Notes under the pieces: model-generated
The model's database searches: none
The model's input: the letters and a program-made list of their open reading frames with translations, nothing else
Told to the model about the DNA's origin: nothing
Shown: positions 1-11,677 of the stretch, piece after piece
How the letters are laid out: each line of letters starts with the position of its first letter
How positions within the stretch are numbered: position 1 is the first letter of the stretch
Made by a program: the position numbers and the translations under genes
Origin: Octopus bimaculoides
Lineage: Eukaryota
Length of the DNA: 35,988 nt
Assembly: GCF_001194135.2 (NCBI RefSeq)
Contig: NC_068987.1
Location: 38,870,495-38,906,482 of the forward strand
Reading direction: 5' to 3'

Positions 1-112
1 AGGTGTTCAGGTAGCCTCCTGGCTCATGTGAGTTCATGAGGATAGTATATCTTTCTGCCATACAGAATTTACACGATCTTGTTTCATTGCGATAGGGTCC
101 ACAAGTTTTAAA

Positions 113-762
113 GTTCTAGCTCTCCGCTGTTTACAGTAGTGCTTGGAAGGAAGGTGTGTGGCGTGTGATCGTCGCAGAGAAAGTTGAGCAGAGAATCTGC
201 ATCAAGTTTTGCCAAAAGCTTGGCGATACCTGCTGAGAGGCCTACGCAAAGTTTTCAAAAAGTTTTCATCGTTCTTGACACAATCAAGATCTTGTGCAAC
301 TGAAATCCGAGTGTTCTCATGGTCAGCTGAAAGCAGTTTTGGTACAAACTTGGGAGACACGCGCCTCACACCCAAATCTTCAGTAATAATGGACTGAACT
401 GGATCGTAACTAATTTCCACAGCCTCTGACAACTCACGCATGGTAATTCGACGATTTCCTCTCACAGGTGCACTCACTCACTTCTGCTTGTTGCAGGTCT
501 CCTAGTACGTGCGTCAATATCGAAATTTTTTCAACCATCTTGGAAATGTCTGGACCGCTCGCATATTTGTATGCGACTCATACACTCCTCTCCATACACT
601 TTTTGCAACTTTGCGTAAGCCTCTGAGCAGGTATCGCCATGACAACTTACTGTCATGGTCAATGCGACGATTACACGTTACACATGTCACTACGAAGCAC
701 TGCTGTAAACAGCGGAAATGAGCTAGAATTTTGTGCACATGCACATCAAAGGTCAAGTTCAA
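113..762. mobile_element. Decayed mariner (Tc1/mariner) element with inverted duplication of its 5' part
   Basis: Minus-strand RRITMRELSEAVEISY...EDLGVRRVSPKFVPKLL and plus-strand EQRICIKFCQKLG are mariner N-terminal/HTH motifs. 113-253 is an inverted copy of about 606-732. Confidence 0.8.
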
Positions 763-961
763 TCTGTATCAAGCGGCTTTACTCTGCGTGCTTTAGCTTC
801 ATTACTATGGCACAGTCCGGATATTTATTGACCAGACATCGTACATGTATATATATATGTATGTATGTATACATGTATGTATGTATATATATAGGGAGAG
901 AGAGTGAGAGAGAGAAAGAGAAAGAGCGGGAGACAGACAGACAGACAGTCAATGATGTAAA

Positions 962-1192
962 TAAGGCGGTGGGCTGGCAGAAACGTTAGCACGCCGGGGG
1001 AAATGCTTAGCGGTATTTCGTCTGCCGTTACGTTCTGAGTTCAAATTCCGCCGAGGTCGACTATGCCTTTAATCCTTTCGGGGCCGATAAATTAAGTAAC
1101 AATTATGCACTGGGGTCGATGTAATCAACTTAATCCTTTTCTCTATCCTTGTTTGTCCCCTCTGTTTAGCCCCTTGTGGGCAATAAAGAAAT
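962..1192 (+). mobile_element. tRNA-derived SINE, family A
   Basis: Head ggcggtgggctggcagaa (A-box-like) and gagttcaaattcc (B box), body gcctttaatcctttcggggccgataa. Homologous to at least six other copies in the window. Confidence 0.85.
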
Positions 1193-1240
1193 AGATGTAA
1201 ATAAACAAATAAATCTCCACATATACATATATTCATGTAA

Positions 1241-1241
1241 G

Positions 1242-1295
<54 letters not shown>
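1241..1295. repeat. (TATC)n microsatellite
   Basis: Direct reading. Confidence 0.95.
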
Positions 1296-1589
1296 ATTAT
1301 ATATATATATATGTATATGGATTTCGTGGTGTACATGGGGTTACAACTTTTGGTCTAGTAATGAGAAGGGAAAAAGTTTACGTGATGCAATTAACATGGT
1401 AATTTGCAACACAAACGTTAGGAAGCAACCACTCGCCTATCTATTTTGAGGGCACACAAGCCAGATTGATTACTTTCTAGAAAACAACATAGACTAGAAA
1501 ACAACATAGTCGGTTGGTTGTGAATGCTAGGTACTTCTTTTGGCAAAAATTAAGCCTCTAACCACCAAGATAATTTAGGAGTTGTTGTT

Positions 1590-1602
1590 GTTGTTATTAT
1601 TA

Positions 1603-1667
<65 letters not shown>
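1590..1667. repeat. (ATT)n microsatellite
   Basis: Direct reading; abuts the 540-bp repeat. Confidence 0.95.
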
Positions 1668-2216
1668 GAGTGAGAGAGCAGTGCATGCCATCAAAGTGAC
1701 ACTGGGGTAAAATATACGAAGCCCATTATACCCATCATGACTACCCGTCTGATAAGTGTACACCAGACACATGCATCACAGCCATATGTGCGCGACATGG
1801 TGAGCTCATATCAAGATAAACAGCGCATGACCTTGCAGGTAGGGCCCAGTTAGAATTTTCTTCAGGTCGAGTAGCTCATCCTGCTCAAAAGGTCCTTGAA
1901 TGAGGCTTGTTTAGGAATATTGAACGAAACATTCATGTTTCCAAAGGTGAATTATCCAAACCCCAAAGAATTCCTCTCATCACATGGATATGATGCTCCC
2001 CAACTACTTTTGCTCGTGAACAGAGATTCACATATCGTCAGCCACTAAGGGACATGCTCAACTGATTAAGGTCATACAACTGACAAGCAAATCTGTGGTA
2101 TTGAGTAGAATATTTGCTGTAGCCCATCATTTACACTAAGACAAAATAATTTACATGATAACATTTCCAATCAGTTAAGATCAGAAGCCATGAGAGCCAG
2201 TGTCTGGTACTGCATC
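1668..2216. mobile_element. ~540-bp interspersed repeat embedded in (ATT)n, copy 1
   Basis: Runs gagtgagagagcagtgcatgccatcaaag...tctggtactgcatc and aligns end to end with 2229-2768 and 26212-26745. Confidence 0.85.
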
Positions 2217-2228
2217 TATTATTATTAT

Positions 2229-2768
2229 GAGCGAGAGAGCAGTTCATGCCATCAAGGTGACACTGGGGTAAAATATACGAAACCCAATCATGACTACACG
2301 TCTGATAAGGGTACACCAGGCACATGCATCACAACCATATGTGCGCGACATGGTGATCTCATATCAAGATAAACAGCGCATGACCTCGCAGGTGGGGCCC
2401 AGTTAGAATTTTTTCAGATCGGGTAACCCATCCCACTCAAAAGGTCCCTGAATAAGTTTGTTTAAGGATGTTGAGCAAAACGCCCATGTTTCCAAAGGTG
2501 AATTATTCAAACCCCAAAGAATTCCTCTCAACACATGGCTATGATGCTCACCCAATACTTCTGCTTATGATCAGAGATGCACATATCGTTAGCCACCAAG
2601 GGACATGCTCAACTGGTTAAGGTCAAACAACTGACAAGCAAATCTGTGGTATTGAGCAGAATATTTGCTGTGGTCCATCTTTTTATACCAAGACAAAACA
2701 ATGTACATGATAACACTTCCAATCAATTAAGACCAGTAGCCATTAGAGCCACTGTCTGGTACTGCATC
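2229..2768. mobile_element. ~540-bp interspersed repeat, copy 2 (tandem with copy 1)
   Basis: Same ends as copy 1, separated from it by a short (ATT)n and followed by (ATT)n. Confidence 0.85.
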
Positions 2769-2786
2769 CGTATTATTATTATTATT

Positions 2787-3005
2787 TAAGGTTGCGAGCT
2801 AGCAGAATCGTTAGCTCGCTAAAATTCTTAGCGGTATTTCGTCTGCCGCTACGTTCTGAGTTCAAATTCCGCCGAGATCGACTTTGCCTTTCATCCTTTC
2901 GGGGTCGATAAATAAAATACCTATGAAACACTGGGGGTCGATGTAATTGACTAGTCCTCCACCCATAAAAAAAGGCTGCCCTTGTAGCAAAATTTAAAAC
3001 CATTT
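2787..3005 (+). mobile_element. tRNA-derived SINE, family A
   Basis: gagctagcagaatcgttagc...gagttcaaattccgccgagatcgactttgcctttcatcctttcggggtcgataaa. Confidence 0.85.
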
Positions 3006-3009
3006 TTAT

Positions 3010-3490
3010 TAACTGTTCAATATTTGGTAGACTGAGGCAAATATCTATTGCTACACCTCCGTGTTGCTGGGGTGTGTGCAGCATTGTGTGTTGTTTTTTC
3101 TGTTGCTGAGAGTGTGAGAACTCTTCTCGGTATTGTATTGTGTTAGTTTTTTCTCCTTGACGCGTGTTGCTCTCTTTTGTTGTGTTACTGCTTGTATTGT
3201 GTGTTGAGTGTGTGAAGCTTTGTTTTTCTAACTTGCTAGTGGGTAAATGCTGTATAGTGTGTCTTACATTTGTGGGTTGTTTTGCTTAGGTTGTATTATA
3301 GGATTGATAGTGTCTTGCGTAGGATGTGGGCTGTTCCTAGCATGGCTATTTTTTGGACAGTGTGCAGTGTTGAAGATCCAGGTATAGCTTCTACATTTTT
3401 GTTCATATGATTTTTTATCATGCCCAATGCTCCAATTATTATTGGTATTGTTTTTACCTTCATGTCCCACATTTTGAACACTTCAAATAC

Positions 3491-3492
<2 letters not shown>
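3010..3492 (-). mobile_element. 5'-truncated R4/Dong-like (restriction-like endonuclease) non-LTR retrotransposon 3' end
   Basis: EVFKMWDMKVKTIPIIIGALGMIK...VQKIAMLGTAHILRKTLSIL* matches the recalled R4/Dong ORF C-terminus (VPVVVGALG...QKxxxLGTARILRRVL). Preceded directly by (AAT)n and followed by a putative 3' UTR. Confidence 0.75.
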
Positions 3493-3566
<74 letters not shown>

Positions 3567-3576
3567 TATTATTATT
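3490..3576. repeat. (ATT)n microsatellite
   Basis: Direct reading. Confidence 0.95.
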
Positions 3577-3679
3577 GTTCAGTAGTTTTATTTTTATAAC
3601 GTGCTTTCACTTCACTACCGAGCGCAGCTCTGTGCGCCTTGGGTATGTGCTGTGGTTTGCTGTGGTGCTCTTATGTTTA

Positions 3680-4520
3680 NNNNNNNNNNNNNNNNNNNNN
3701 NNNNNNNNNNNNNNNNNNNNNNNNNNNNNNNNNNNNNNNNNNNNNNNNNNNNNNNNNNNNNNNNNNNNNNNNNNNNNNNNNNNNNNNNNNNNNNNNNNNN
3801 NNNNNNNNNNNNNNNNNNNNNNNNNNNNNNNNNNNNNNNNNNNNNNNNNNNNNNNNNNNNNNNNNNNNNNNNNNNNNNNNNNNNNNNNNNNNNNNNNNNN
3901 NNNNNNNNNNNNNNNNNNNNNNNNNNNNNNNNNNNNNNNNNNNNNNNNNNNNNNNNNNNNNNNNNNNNNNNNNNNNNNNNNNNNNNNNNNNNNNNNNNNN
4001 NNNNNNNNNNNNNNNNNNNNNNNNNNNNNNNNNNNNNNNNNNNNNNNNNNNNNNNNNNNNNNNNNNNNNNNNNNNNNNNNNNNNNNNNNNNNNNNNNNNN
4101 NNNNNNNNNNNNNNNNNNNNNNNNNNNNNNNNNNNNNNNNNNNNNNNNNNNNNNNNNNNNNNNNNNNNNNNNNNNNNNNNNNNNNNNNNNNNNNNNNNNN
4201 NNNNNNNNNNNNNNNNNNNNNNNNNNNNNNNNNNNNNNNNNNNNNNNNNNNNNNNNNNNNNNNNNNNNNNNNNNNNNNNNNNNNNNNNNNNNNNNNNNNN
4301 NNNNNNNNNNNNNNNNNNNNNNNNNNNNNNNNNNNNNNNNNNNNNNNNNNNNNNNNNNNNNNNNNNNNNNNNNNNNNNNNNNNNNNNNNNNNNNNNNNNN
4401 NNNNNNNNNNNNNNNNNNNNNNNNNNNNNNNNNNNNNNNNNNNNNNNNNNNNNNNNNNNNNNNNNNNNNNNNNNNNNNNNNNNNNNNNNNNNNNNNNNNN
4501 NNNNNNNNNNNNNNNNNNNN
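3680..4520. other. Assembly gap (others at 8751-9123, 13675-13805, 15673-15682, 17039-17328, 20621-20920, 33649-33724, 34571-34755)
   Basis: N runs, mostly flanked by microsatellites. Confidence 0.99.
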
Positions 4521-4563
<43 letters not shown>

Positions 4564-4564
<1 letters not shown>

Positions 4565-4775
4565 TAAGGCCACGAGCTGGCAGAATCGTTAGCACGCCGG
4601 GCGAAATGCTTAGCGGTATTTCGTCTGCCGCTACGTTCTGAGTTCAAATTCCGCCAAGGTCGACTTTGCCTTTAACCTTTTTGGGGTCGATAAAATAAAT
4701 ACCAGTTGAGTACTGGGATCGATGTAGTTGACTCATTCCCTCCACCGAAATTGCTGGCCTTGTATCAAAATTTGA
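4564..4775 (+). mobile_element. tRNA-derived SINE, family A
   Basis: Full head and body following (ATT)n; tail aaattgctggccttgtatcaaaatttgaaa. Confidence 0.88.
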
Positions 4776-4814
4776 AATCATCATCATCATCATCATCATT
4801 ATTATTATTATCAT

Positions 4815-5008
4815 TTAAGGCGGTGAGCTGGCAAAATCGTTAACACGCCGGGAAAAATGCTTAGTGGTATTTCGACTGCCGCTGCGTCCTTAATTCAAAT
4901 TCCGCCGAGATCGATAAATTAAGAACCAGTCAAGTGCTGGGATCGATGTAATCGATTATCCCTCTCCCCACAAATTTCAGGCCTTGTGCTTATAGTAGAA
5001 AGGATTGG
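4815..5008 (+). mobile_element. tRNA-derived SINE, family A (internal deletion)
   Basis: ggcggtgagctggcaaaatcg...ttcaaattccgccgagatcgataaattaag; tail aatttcaggccttgtgcttatagtagaaaggatt. Confidence 0.85.
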
Positions 5009-5009
5009 T

Positions 5010-5345
5010 GCCTCTCTAAGTGTAGACCTCTGAGTCGGAGAGAAGGAATTGGAGAGGGCACTTGCTCTAGGGGTTTCAGGGAAATCTCGAACAGTGGGGT
5101 TTATCGTTTATCCCTAGAGGCCTTTCTGTATCAGGAGGGCCACATCTCTACCATCCTCCCCGTCACTCTTTTTAACCTTTGTATGCTATGCATATGTTCC
5201 TTCTTTTTCAGTGTGTACTGTGTATACTTAATTTCTCTCTTTCTTTCCAATTTTTTTTTTATCATTTCATTATATGTAAGTCTCCCACATTTTAGTCTGT
5301 CTTTGCATTGTCCCCCTCATCCTTAGTCCTTGTGGCAAATAAATG
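5010..5345 (+). mobile_element. Unclassified retroelement-like 3' end
   Basis: Ends in tgtccccctcatccttagtccttgtggcaaataaatgaaat plus (ATT)n, similar to the tail of the SINE at 962-1192. Confidence 0.3.
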
Positions 5346-5510
5346 AAATCATTATTATTATTATAATTATTATTATTATTATTATTATTATTTAAAAAAG
5401 TAAGTGCTCTACTATTTGTTGAATTTCATACTCTGTGTGTTTGTGTGTGCACGTATGTATGCATAAATGTATGTATGTATGTATGTATGTATGTATGTAT
5501 GTATGTATGT

Positions 5511-5544
5511 ATGGTCTTCCTCGATCACGAGTGGACGACCATCA
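5511..5544 (+). mobile_element. 34-nt 3'-terminal stub of the RTE-like LINE inside (TATG)n
   Basis: 32/34 identical to 34535-34568, the 3' end of the RTE fragment. Confidence 0.75.
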
Positions 5545-5623
5545 TGTATGTATGTATGTATGCTCAGCCGGAATTTGAGAAGTGCAGGATTCTCTGTAGC
5601 GGTCAGCGGGCCACTTTTAATAG

Positions 5624-5734
5624 GAGTAGGCTTGGATGTGTGGTAAGAAGTTTGCTTCTGAACCACTTGATTTTGGGTTCAGTCCCATTGCGTGGCACCT
5701 TGGGCAAGTATCTTCTACTATAGCCTCGAGCCGG
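5624..5734 (+). mobile_element. tRNA-derived SINE, family B head fragment
   Basis: tgtgtggtaagaagtttgcttc...gggttcagtcccattgcgtggcaccttgggcaag; homologous to 24487-24650 and 25033-25193. Confidence 0.8.
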
Positions 5735-6403
5735 GATTTTATCTGTTTGACTTCCACCTTTCAATTTCTTCAATTTTTGTCCCAATTGATTTCATATTTG
5801 ATGTGTTGATGTAGTTTAGAATAGTAATCATTGACATGAAATTCATTTTCGCTATAAACCAAAAAGTAGAGTTAATAGCTTTTAAAGTTTGCAAATTTGG
5901 GATAATTTTAGCCAATCGAAAGCCACAAACATATAGGTGCCTGTTTCCATAGTCACAAGCTGCTCACCTACGTGGTTATATTTGCTTATTAAATGCTTAA
6001 AATACATGCGGTATGAGGTGGTCCTGAGATGTGTTAAAAGTAATAGCTAAACAGGCCTTAAATCATGCATCAAAAATTTTTTTGTTTTAGTTTTGCATAA
6101 CCGTATAAATTCCTGTGTGTAGAATACAAATTCACAAAATATTTTTTTAAAAATCGAAAAAATAAATAAAAGTTACGAGGGTTTATATGGCGTGTGTAAG
6201 GCAGAATTCTGCCAATATTTCATTTCTTTCATCTCATTCTGTGGTGTATATAAAATGGTGTCTATACAATGGTGCACGCTAAAATATATATGCTGTGGTA
6301 TACAATAAAATGTAACCTATTCTGAAGCTTATAGTAAAATTATTTGTATACAACCTTGTATAATAAATGGTGTACGTACAGTGATATTCTATAAAATGAA
6401 TTT

Positions 6404-6820
6404 TTATATCAAAAGGAATCCCGAAACGATTTTAATACTCACAGTAGCAGAAGAACGAGAATCTCTTTTCTGAATATTGTCAGCTTCTCTTTTTCTAATT
6501 TTCTCATCTTTTTTCTTTCGATCTTCCTCTCTTTTCTTCCGTTCTTCTTCCAGACGTCGAGCTGTACTGTCGCTGCTTGATAATGTTTTACCAGCTTCTT
6601 CATAGTCTAACCTTTCTTCAATCTGTTTCTTTTCGCCATCTTCCATTATTTGTAGTTCCATTCGTCTTCTTTTTTCCAAAGCTTCTTGTTTACGTTTTTC
6701 TTCGGCTTTTTTCTTCAGGGTTTCCTTCATTTTCGTTCTCTCATGGTATTCAGCATCGGCATCATTATGAGCCTTTTTCTGGTCTCTTGCAATTTCATCC
6801 ATTTTTTCTTTTGATATTAC
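6404..6820 (-). CDS. Hillarin/KY-like gene, probable C-terminal exon encoding a K/E/R-rich coiled-coil tail
   Basis: Acceptor ttgtttctAG at 6822-6821, phase 0 matching the donor at 10324. Reads VISKEKMDEIARDQKK...EEERKKREEDRKKKDEKIRKRE. A further GTGAGT donor at 6442 may end the exon before the stop. Confidence 0.75.
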   Translation of the reverse strand, partial: VISKEKMDEIARDQKKAHNDADAEYHERTKMKETLKKKAEEKRKQEALEKRRRMELQIMEDGEKKQIEERLDYEEAGKTLSSSDSTARRLEEERKKREEDRKKKDEKIRKREADNIQKRDSRSSATVSIKIVSGFLLI

Positions 6821-8675
6821 CTAGAAACAAGAAATAGAAAAGGTTATATTTTAAAAATATGCGTGTATTCTTCAGGCTTTATTCTTCAAATGCCTCTCTA
6901 ATGGAGAAAGGTCTAGTTTCCGATCCAAAGGAAAGTTCTTTCATTACAATTTAAGCAACCACTGCTAAGTGGTCGTGTTTGTATGCACTTTCATATGTAT
7001 ATGTGCATGTATGTTTTGTATACATGTGTGTATTGCGTGTGTAAATGCTATGATTTATGGTTATGTAGTAAATATGAGCTAAATTTCCTGTTCTATTTAT
7101 CAGAAAGAATGCTTTGGGCTTAAGGAAAGGCAATACCTATGAAATTTAGGCCTCTGAAACTCGTGATGACAAAGGAATGAGGTATTCTCAAACTGGATGA
7201 CTAATTAGAATGTTTCAGTAGTGTTAATCACATTAAAGATATCGAAACGTCAGGAGATTGGTCTTCGTTGAACAACATAAGAACGAGAAATCCTGCAACA
7301 GACTTCGACATTGATTCCGTGCACAAATTTCATTCGCAATGTGCTTTGATAGAAACAAACCTATGTAAGAACATTTTCCTAAAATGCCGTGCAGTGGGAT
7401 TTAATCCAAAACTATGTAGTTAGTTGTAAAATGAACATCTTAACCTTACAGTGATACCTGCACCAACAAAATTTCGTCACTTAATCCATCTCAAATTGGT
7501 GTGCTGTAATTTGTATATTATTCTGTTTCAAGATTTAGAAACCTTCCTCTTACGTTCAGGAAACATTGCTTGTTAGCCTAACTGAAATATTTCAGCTCAG
7601 AATGATGTTAGTTTCCCATGTTATCTTTGTATCCATATAATCAATAAAGGGATCTTTAAGTAGTGTTAAAATTACATTATTTAATTCATAGCTCCACTAA
7701 AAGTTACCATTGTTATTTCAATTTTTCTATAAAAAGATTTTGTTTATCTGTTAGTTTATGTATGTATGTATTATTCAGTTTTATTTCAAGTTTTCTTGCC
7801 AACAGAGAAAGGGTCGGTTTCTAACCTAGATCCAAGGCGCCTTCACTGGAATTTCAACATCAACACGGTATGTGTGTATGTATGTCTGTATTATGTATGT
7901 ATGCATGTATATATGTATATGAGCAGATTTGTATGTTTTGTTTTATGCATGTATACTTAAATGATAAACTTCTGGAAAGTTTTACAGATTTTTAGAGTTC
8001 CAGTGCTGTACTGGATCTGTATATCAATTTTTAAAAATATCTAATCAATTTTAACTACAAATATTGAAATAACTTTTAATACCCTCTTAGAAATTTTATG
8101 TACCTGTGCTGTAGGACTGCAGTAATTTCGTATTTAAAATTCATGATGTCAATTCTAAATAAAGACATTTGACTTAACTCATTTATCATAGCTTTGCTGT
8201 TTAAGATAATTAATAACTTTTACATGCAATAGCATTTGTTGGAACGTGACATAACCAAAGTAAAGTTAGTTATAGGCAAGTCAGTGCCTTATTAATTTGT
8301 AAATTTACATTTACAGATTTTTATGAATTTAGATTATTTATGTAGAATATACTTGAAACTTTCATTCTCTTCAGAGAATTGCTTGCAGATTATTGACAAT
8401 GCACCGGGCAAAGAATTTTCTAGTAACTTGTTTTTATCCCCTTTACATTGTAAGTTCGAATTGCATTGAGATCCGTTTTTTTTTTTCTTTAGCTGTGGAG
8501 GAGGAGTACTTTTAATTCTTTTCTTGTGGTTAATGAAATAATATTTCGCTCAAGTACAGACATCAGATTGATTACAATTTATTCCAACATTTGGAATCTT
8601 CTCGAAGACTGATTGTCTGGGTTTCCTTGTTTCAATGTATAAAATAATTTTTTTATTATCTATTAATTATTTTAA

Positions 8676-8750
8676 AGTGGTGAGCTGGCAGAATCGTTAA
8701 CATGCCGAGCAAAATGTTTAGCAGCACTTCGTTCGTCTTTACGTTCAGAG
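8676..8750 (+). mobile_element. SINE family A head, running into an assembly gap
   Basis: gtggtgagctggcagaatcgttaacatgccgagcaaaatg. Confidence 0.8.
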
Positions 8751-9374
8751 NNNNNNNNNNNNNNNNNNNNNNNNNNNNNNNNNNNNNNNNNNNNNNNNNN
8801 NNNNNNNNNNNNNNNNNNNNNNNNNNNNNNNNNNNNNNNNNNNNNNNNNNNNNNNNNNNNNNNNNNNNNNNNNNNNNNNNNNNNNNNNNNNNNNNNNNNN
8901 NNNNNNNNNNNNNNNNNNNNNNNNNNNNNNNNNNNNNNNNNNNNNNNNNNNNNNNNNNNNNNNNNNNNNNNNNNNNNNNNNNNNNNNNNNNNNNNNNNNN
9001 NNNNNNNNNNNNNNNNNNNNNNNNNNNNNNNNNNNNNNNNNNNNNNNNNNNNNNNNNNNNNNNNNNNNNNNNNNNNNNNNNNNNNNNNNNNNNNNNNNNN
9101 NNNNNNNNNNNNNNNNNNNNNNNNGCTACTCGGTTAGTAACTATTTTATCAACCAAAGAAAGATCTGTGAGTGGCACCTAATAATTCAGTGAAGACTGCA
9201 CGATCGGAGCTGACCTTGCAGCACAATAAAAACAACAATCTATGAAAGATAAAAGACAAAGTTGACCCTAGGATATGATTTCAAGCCATAATGTAAAGAG
9301 GTATGATCATTAAAGTATTTTGACTGATGTAACCTATTTTCTGCTGTTGATGTAATTTTAAGAAGACAATGAGT

Positions 9375-9570
9375 CATGGCAGAATCGTTTGCATGTCGGA
9401 CAAAATACTTAGTGGAACTTCTGTCTCTTTACACCCTCAGTTGAGATTCTGCTGAGGACAGCTTTACGTTTCATCCTTTTGGAGTCGCTAAAATAAAGTA
9501 TCAATCAAGTACTGAAATTGATGTAATAGAATTGTCGCCTTCCCTAAAAATAAGTAAAATTGCTGGCCTT
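9375..9570 (+). mobile_element. Degenerate SINE family A
   Basis: tggcagaatcgtt...tttcatccttttggagtcgctaaaataaagta...aaattgctggcctt. Confidence 0.6.
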
Positions 9571-10324
9571 GCTCCTAGCGACGAACAAACGTCCCGTTTA
9601 TGGGAATGTTGTGATCTCGGTTACTCATATGTTTTGGAAAGCGAGAAACCGCCTTATGAGTCCAAGGGCTTAAGAAAAAATGAGGCGTAGTTAATCAAGT
9701 TAACCAACAGTTATATTGCTTCTAGAACGGGAAAGTATAATGGACTTTAAGAGATCATAGAAGTAAAATAACATCCTGTTGTATGTGATGTTAAACATTC
9801 TCAAAGCGCGTTTGCACTGTCTAGTAAAGTATTGGAGTGTCAATAGAGCTCCACGATTAGTAACATGTCAGTGATACTACGTTGTGCCTGTAGCTACGAC
9901 GTTTGACTTACAACTTTACACAACCTACCAGTCTTTAAGGAGATATCTTACAGTAAATACAACGCACCTCTCTAAGGTGCAGTCGCAATTGAAATTTACG
10001 TATATTTAGTAAGCTTACAGTGATTAGTTCTGTTTTCCTTGCAGAAACTGCCTTGAGGAGCGCGATTTTCATGAAACTGATTTCTTCTAGATACATTCAA
10101 GAACGAGTAAGAAGACGTGGTGCACATAACGATCCCTATTGCTATTAGATTGCAAACTGACACATAATATATAAAACTAATATAGTGTCGAGGATCAAAT
10201 TGATATTAAAATGAATAATAAGCAAATTCATCCTTAAAAATCACTTATCAATAATCATGTATGATTTTTAAAAATCAATGAAATACCTTTTAAGATAACT
10301 AAAAATAAGTTAAAAGCAGCTTAC

Positions 10325-11677
10325 ATCATATTTCAGTAAATGGGAAAATGAATTCCCAGCTTCGTCAAATTTAGCTGACAAAAACATTGGTTTCCCTTCT
10401 TCAATGGTAGCAACTTGATTCTTCCATATCCCATCTTTGTCTTTCTTTAACTGTGTCCATTCATTACCCACTACTGCAACAGCTTTAGCATTTGGCACTA
10501 CGGCAGCAAAATCCACTTTATCTTTGGAGGGCAAATTTTTATTAAACGGTTCAATCAGTTTGCACTCGTCCGTCCAGCCGGCGTATTTCTCAGGGAAGCT
10601 CATAGCAACCATCATCGGAATAGGAACTTCGATGATGGAGCTAAACGCCCTGGGAAACCCACCGGGTTGGCCGGCAGGTTTGGCAAAAAGATTGAAGCGA
10701 TAGGATCCTTTCTGTCCAAAGCGAAGTTCAAAAGTAACTATTTCTCCCTCCCTGTACCAGGAAACATATTCAGATTTGTCTTCTACATTTCCATCAATTA
10801 AAAGACCTAGTTTAGCAAAGAATTCAACATTGTTAGGGATTTTCATCTTGAAAAATAACTGTCCAGTTTTATCAACTGTTACCATAGCAGAACAATTCTC
10901 AACAAGAGCCAAACCAAGTTTCTTGAATTCATCTGTTGGGCCAAGTTCTCCGTTAGGTATTTCAGGAAACGGCTCAAGAGGAGGAAATTCTTCATCACAT
11001 CTCAATAGGTAATTGCAGACGCTTGGATAACCCCCTTCTTCATCGTCTTCTTTTGCCATGATGCTCAACATATACTGACCTTTGCCAGGAACACGAGCGT
11101 GAAAAATTACTTCTCCATTCTCTATCCGATGAACGGTGTAATTGTCCAGGGTTTTGTTGTCTTCTGTGGTTAGTTTATGAAGAAAGTCTCGATCTTTGTT
11201 GAGAGAGAATTTCACTTCAACTTCACCATCATCAACGTTTATTTTGCCCCTCTTGTGAGTTATAGCTTCCATACCCATATTTATTGTATCAGAGCCAGGA
11301 CCCCATTCTTTCCTAGGGTTTTGGGGAAGCGGTCTGCAATTGGTCTTGGGAGTTTCACAATAAAATACATAGGTGCAAAGCCACTTCAAGACTGTATCGC
11401 TTTCGTTCGTGTCACGACCAAAGATTTCGGCTTTAAATTTTCCAGTTGTCGGGAAGAAAATTTCTACACTAAGCGTTTTCTCGTCGGGTATAGTTTCAAG
11501 GAAGAGAAACTTGTCCATGTCAACGTTTCCTTGAATCTGTTTATGTTCGACTTTAGTGGAGCGATATAGGTTGTAGGAAAACTTCATAGTATCGGAATTG
11601 AATCCCATATCCAAGTTGGCTTCACCATTTACTGCTTGAAGTACACACCATGGATGGGACATCACTGTCATTGAGAG
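10325..11677 (-). CDS. Hillarin/KY-like gene, large exon with repeated KY-type Ig-like units
   Basis: Acceptor ttttgttAG at 11679-11678, phase 0. The 451-codon open frame has three repeats of a G-x-(Y/F)-x-x-x-(I/L)-(F/M)-(A/G)-(K/R) motif (GKFKAEIFGR, GQYMLSIMAK, GSYRFNLFAK) followed by P-rich linkers. Donor GAT|GTAAGC at 10324; the unspliced frame stops at 10310. Confidence 0.92.

Noticed and set aside
1486-1512. Short tandem duplication ctagaaaacaacatag
   Set aside because: Simple slippage duplication.
3407-4641. Long ORFs spanning N gaps (also at 8656-9181, 13569-14026, 16904-17431, 20534-21182, 34402-34871)
   Set aside because: Artefacts of N runs and microsatellites (poly-L/I/Y/N, YI repeats).
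5603-5785. ORF GQKLKKLKGGSQTDK as a possible last exon
   Set aside because: No suitable AG acceptor, and most of the ORF is antisense SINE B.
7185-7260. ctggatga...cgaaacgtcagg hammerhead-like words
   Set aside because: The core is interrupted and there is no credible stem II.
10437-11569. Plus-strand ORFs 10437-10703, 10776-11012 and 11177-11569
   Set aside because: Shadow frames of the real minus-strand exon.
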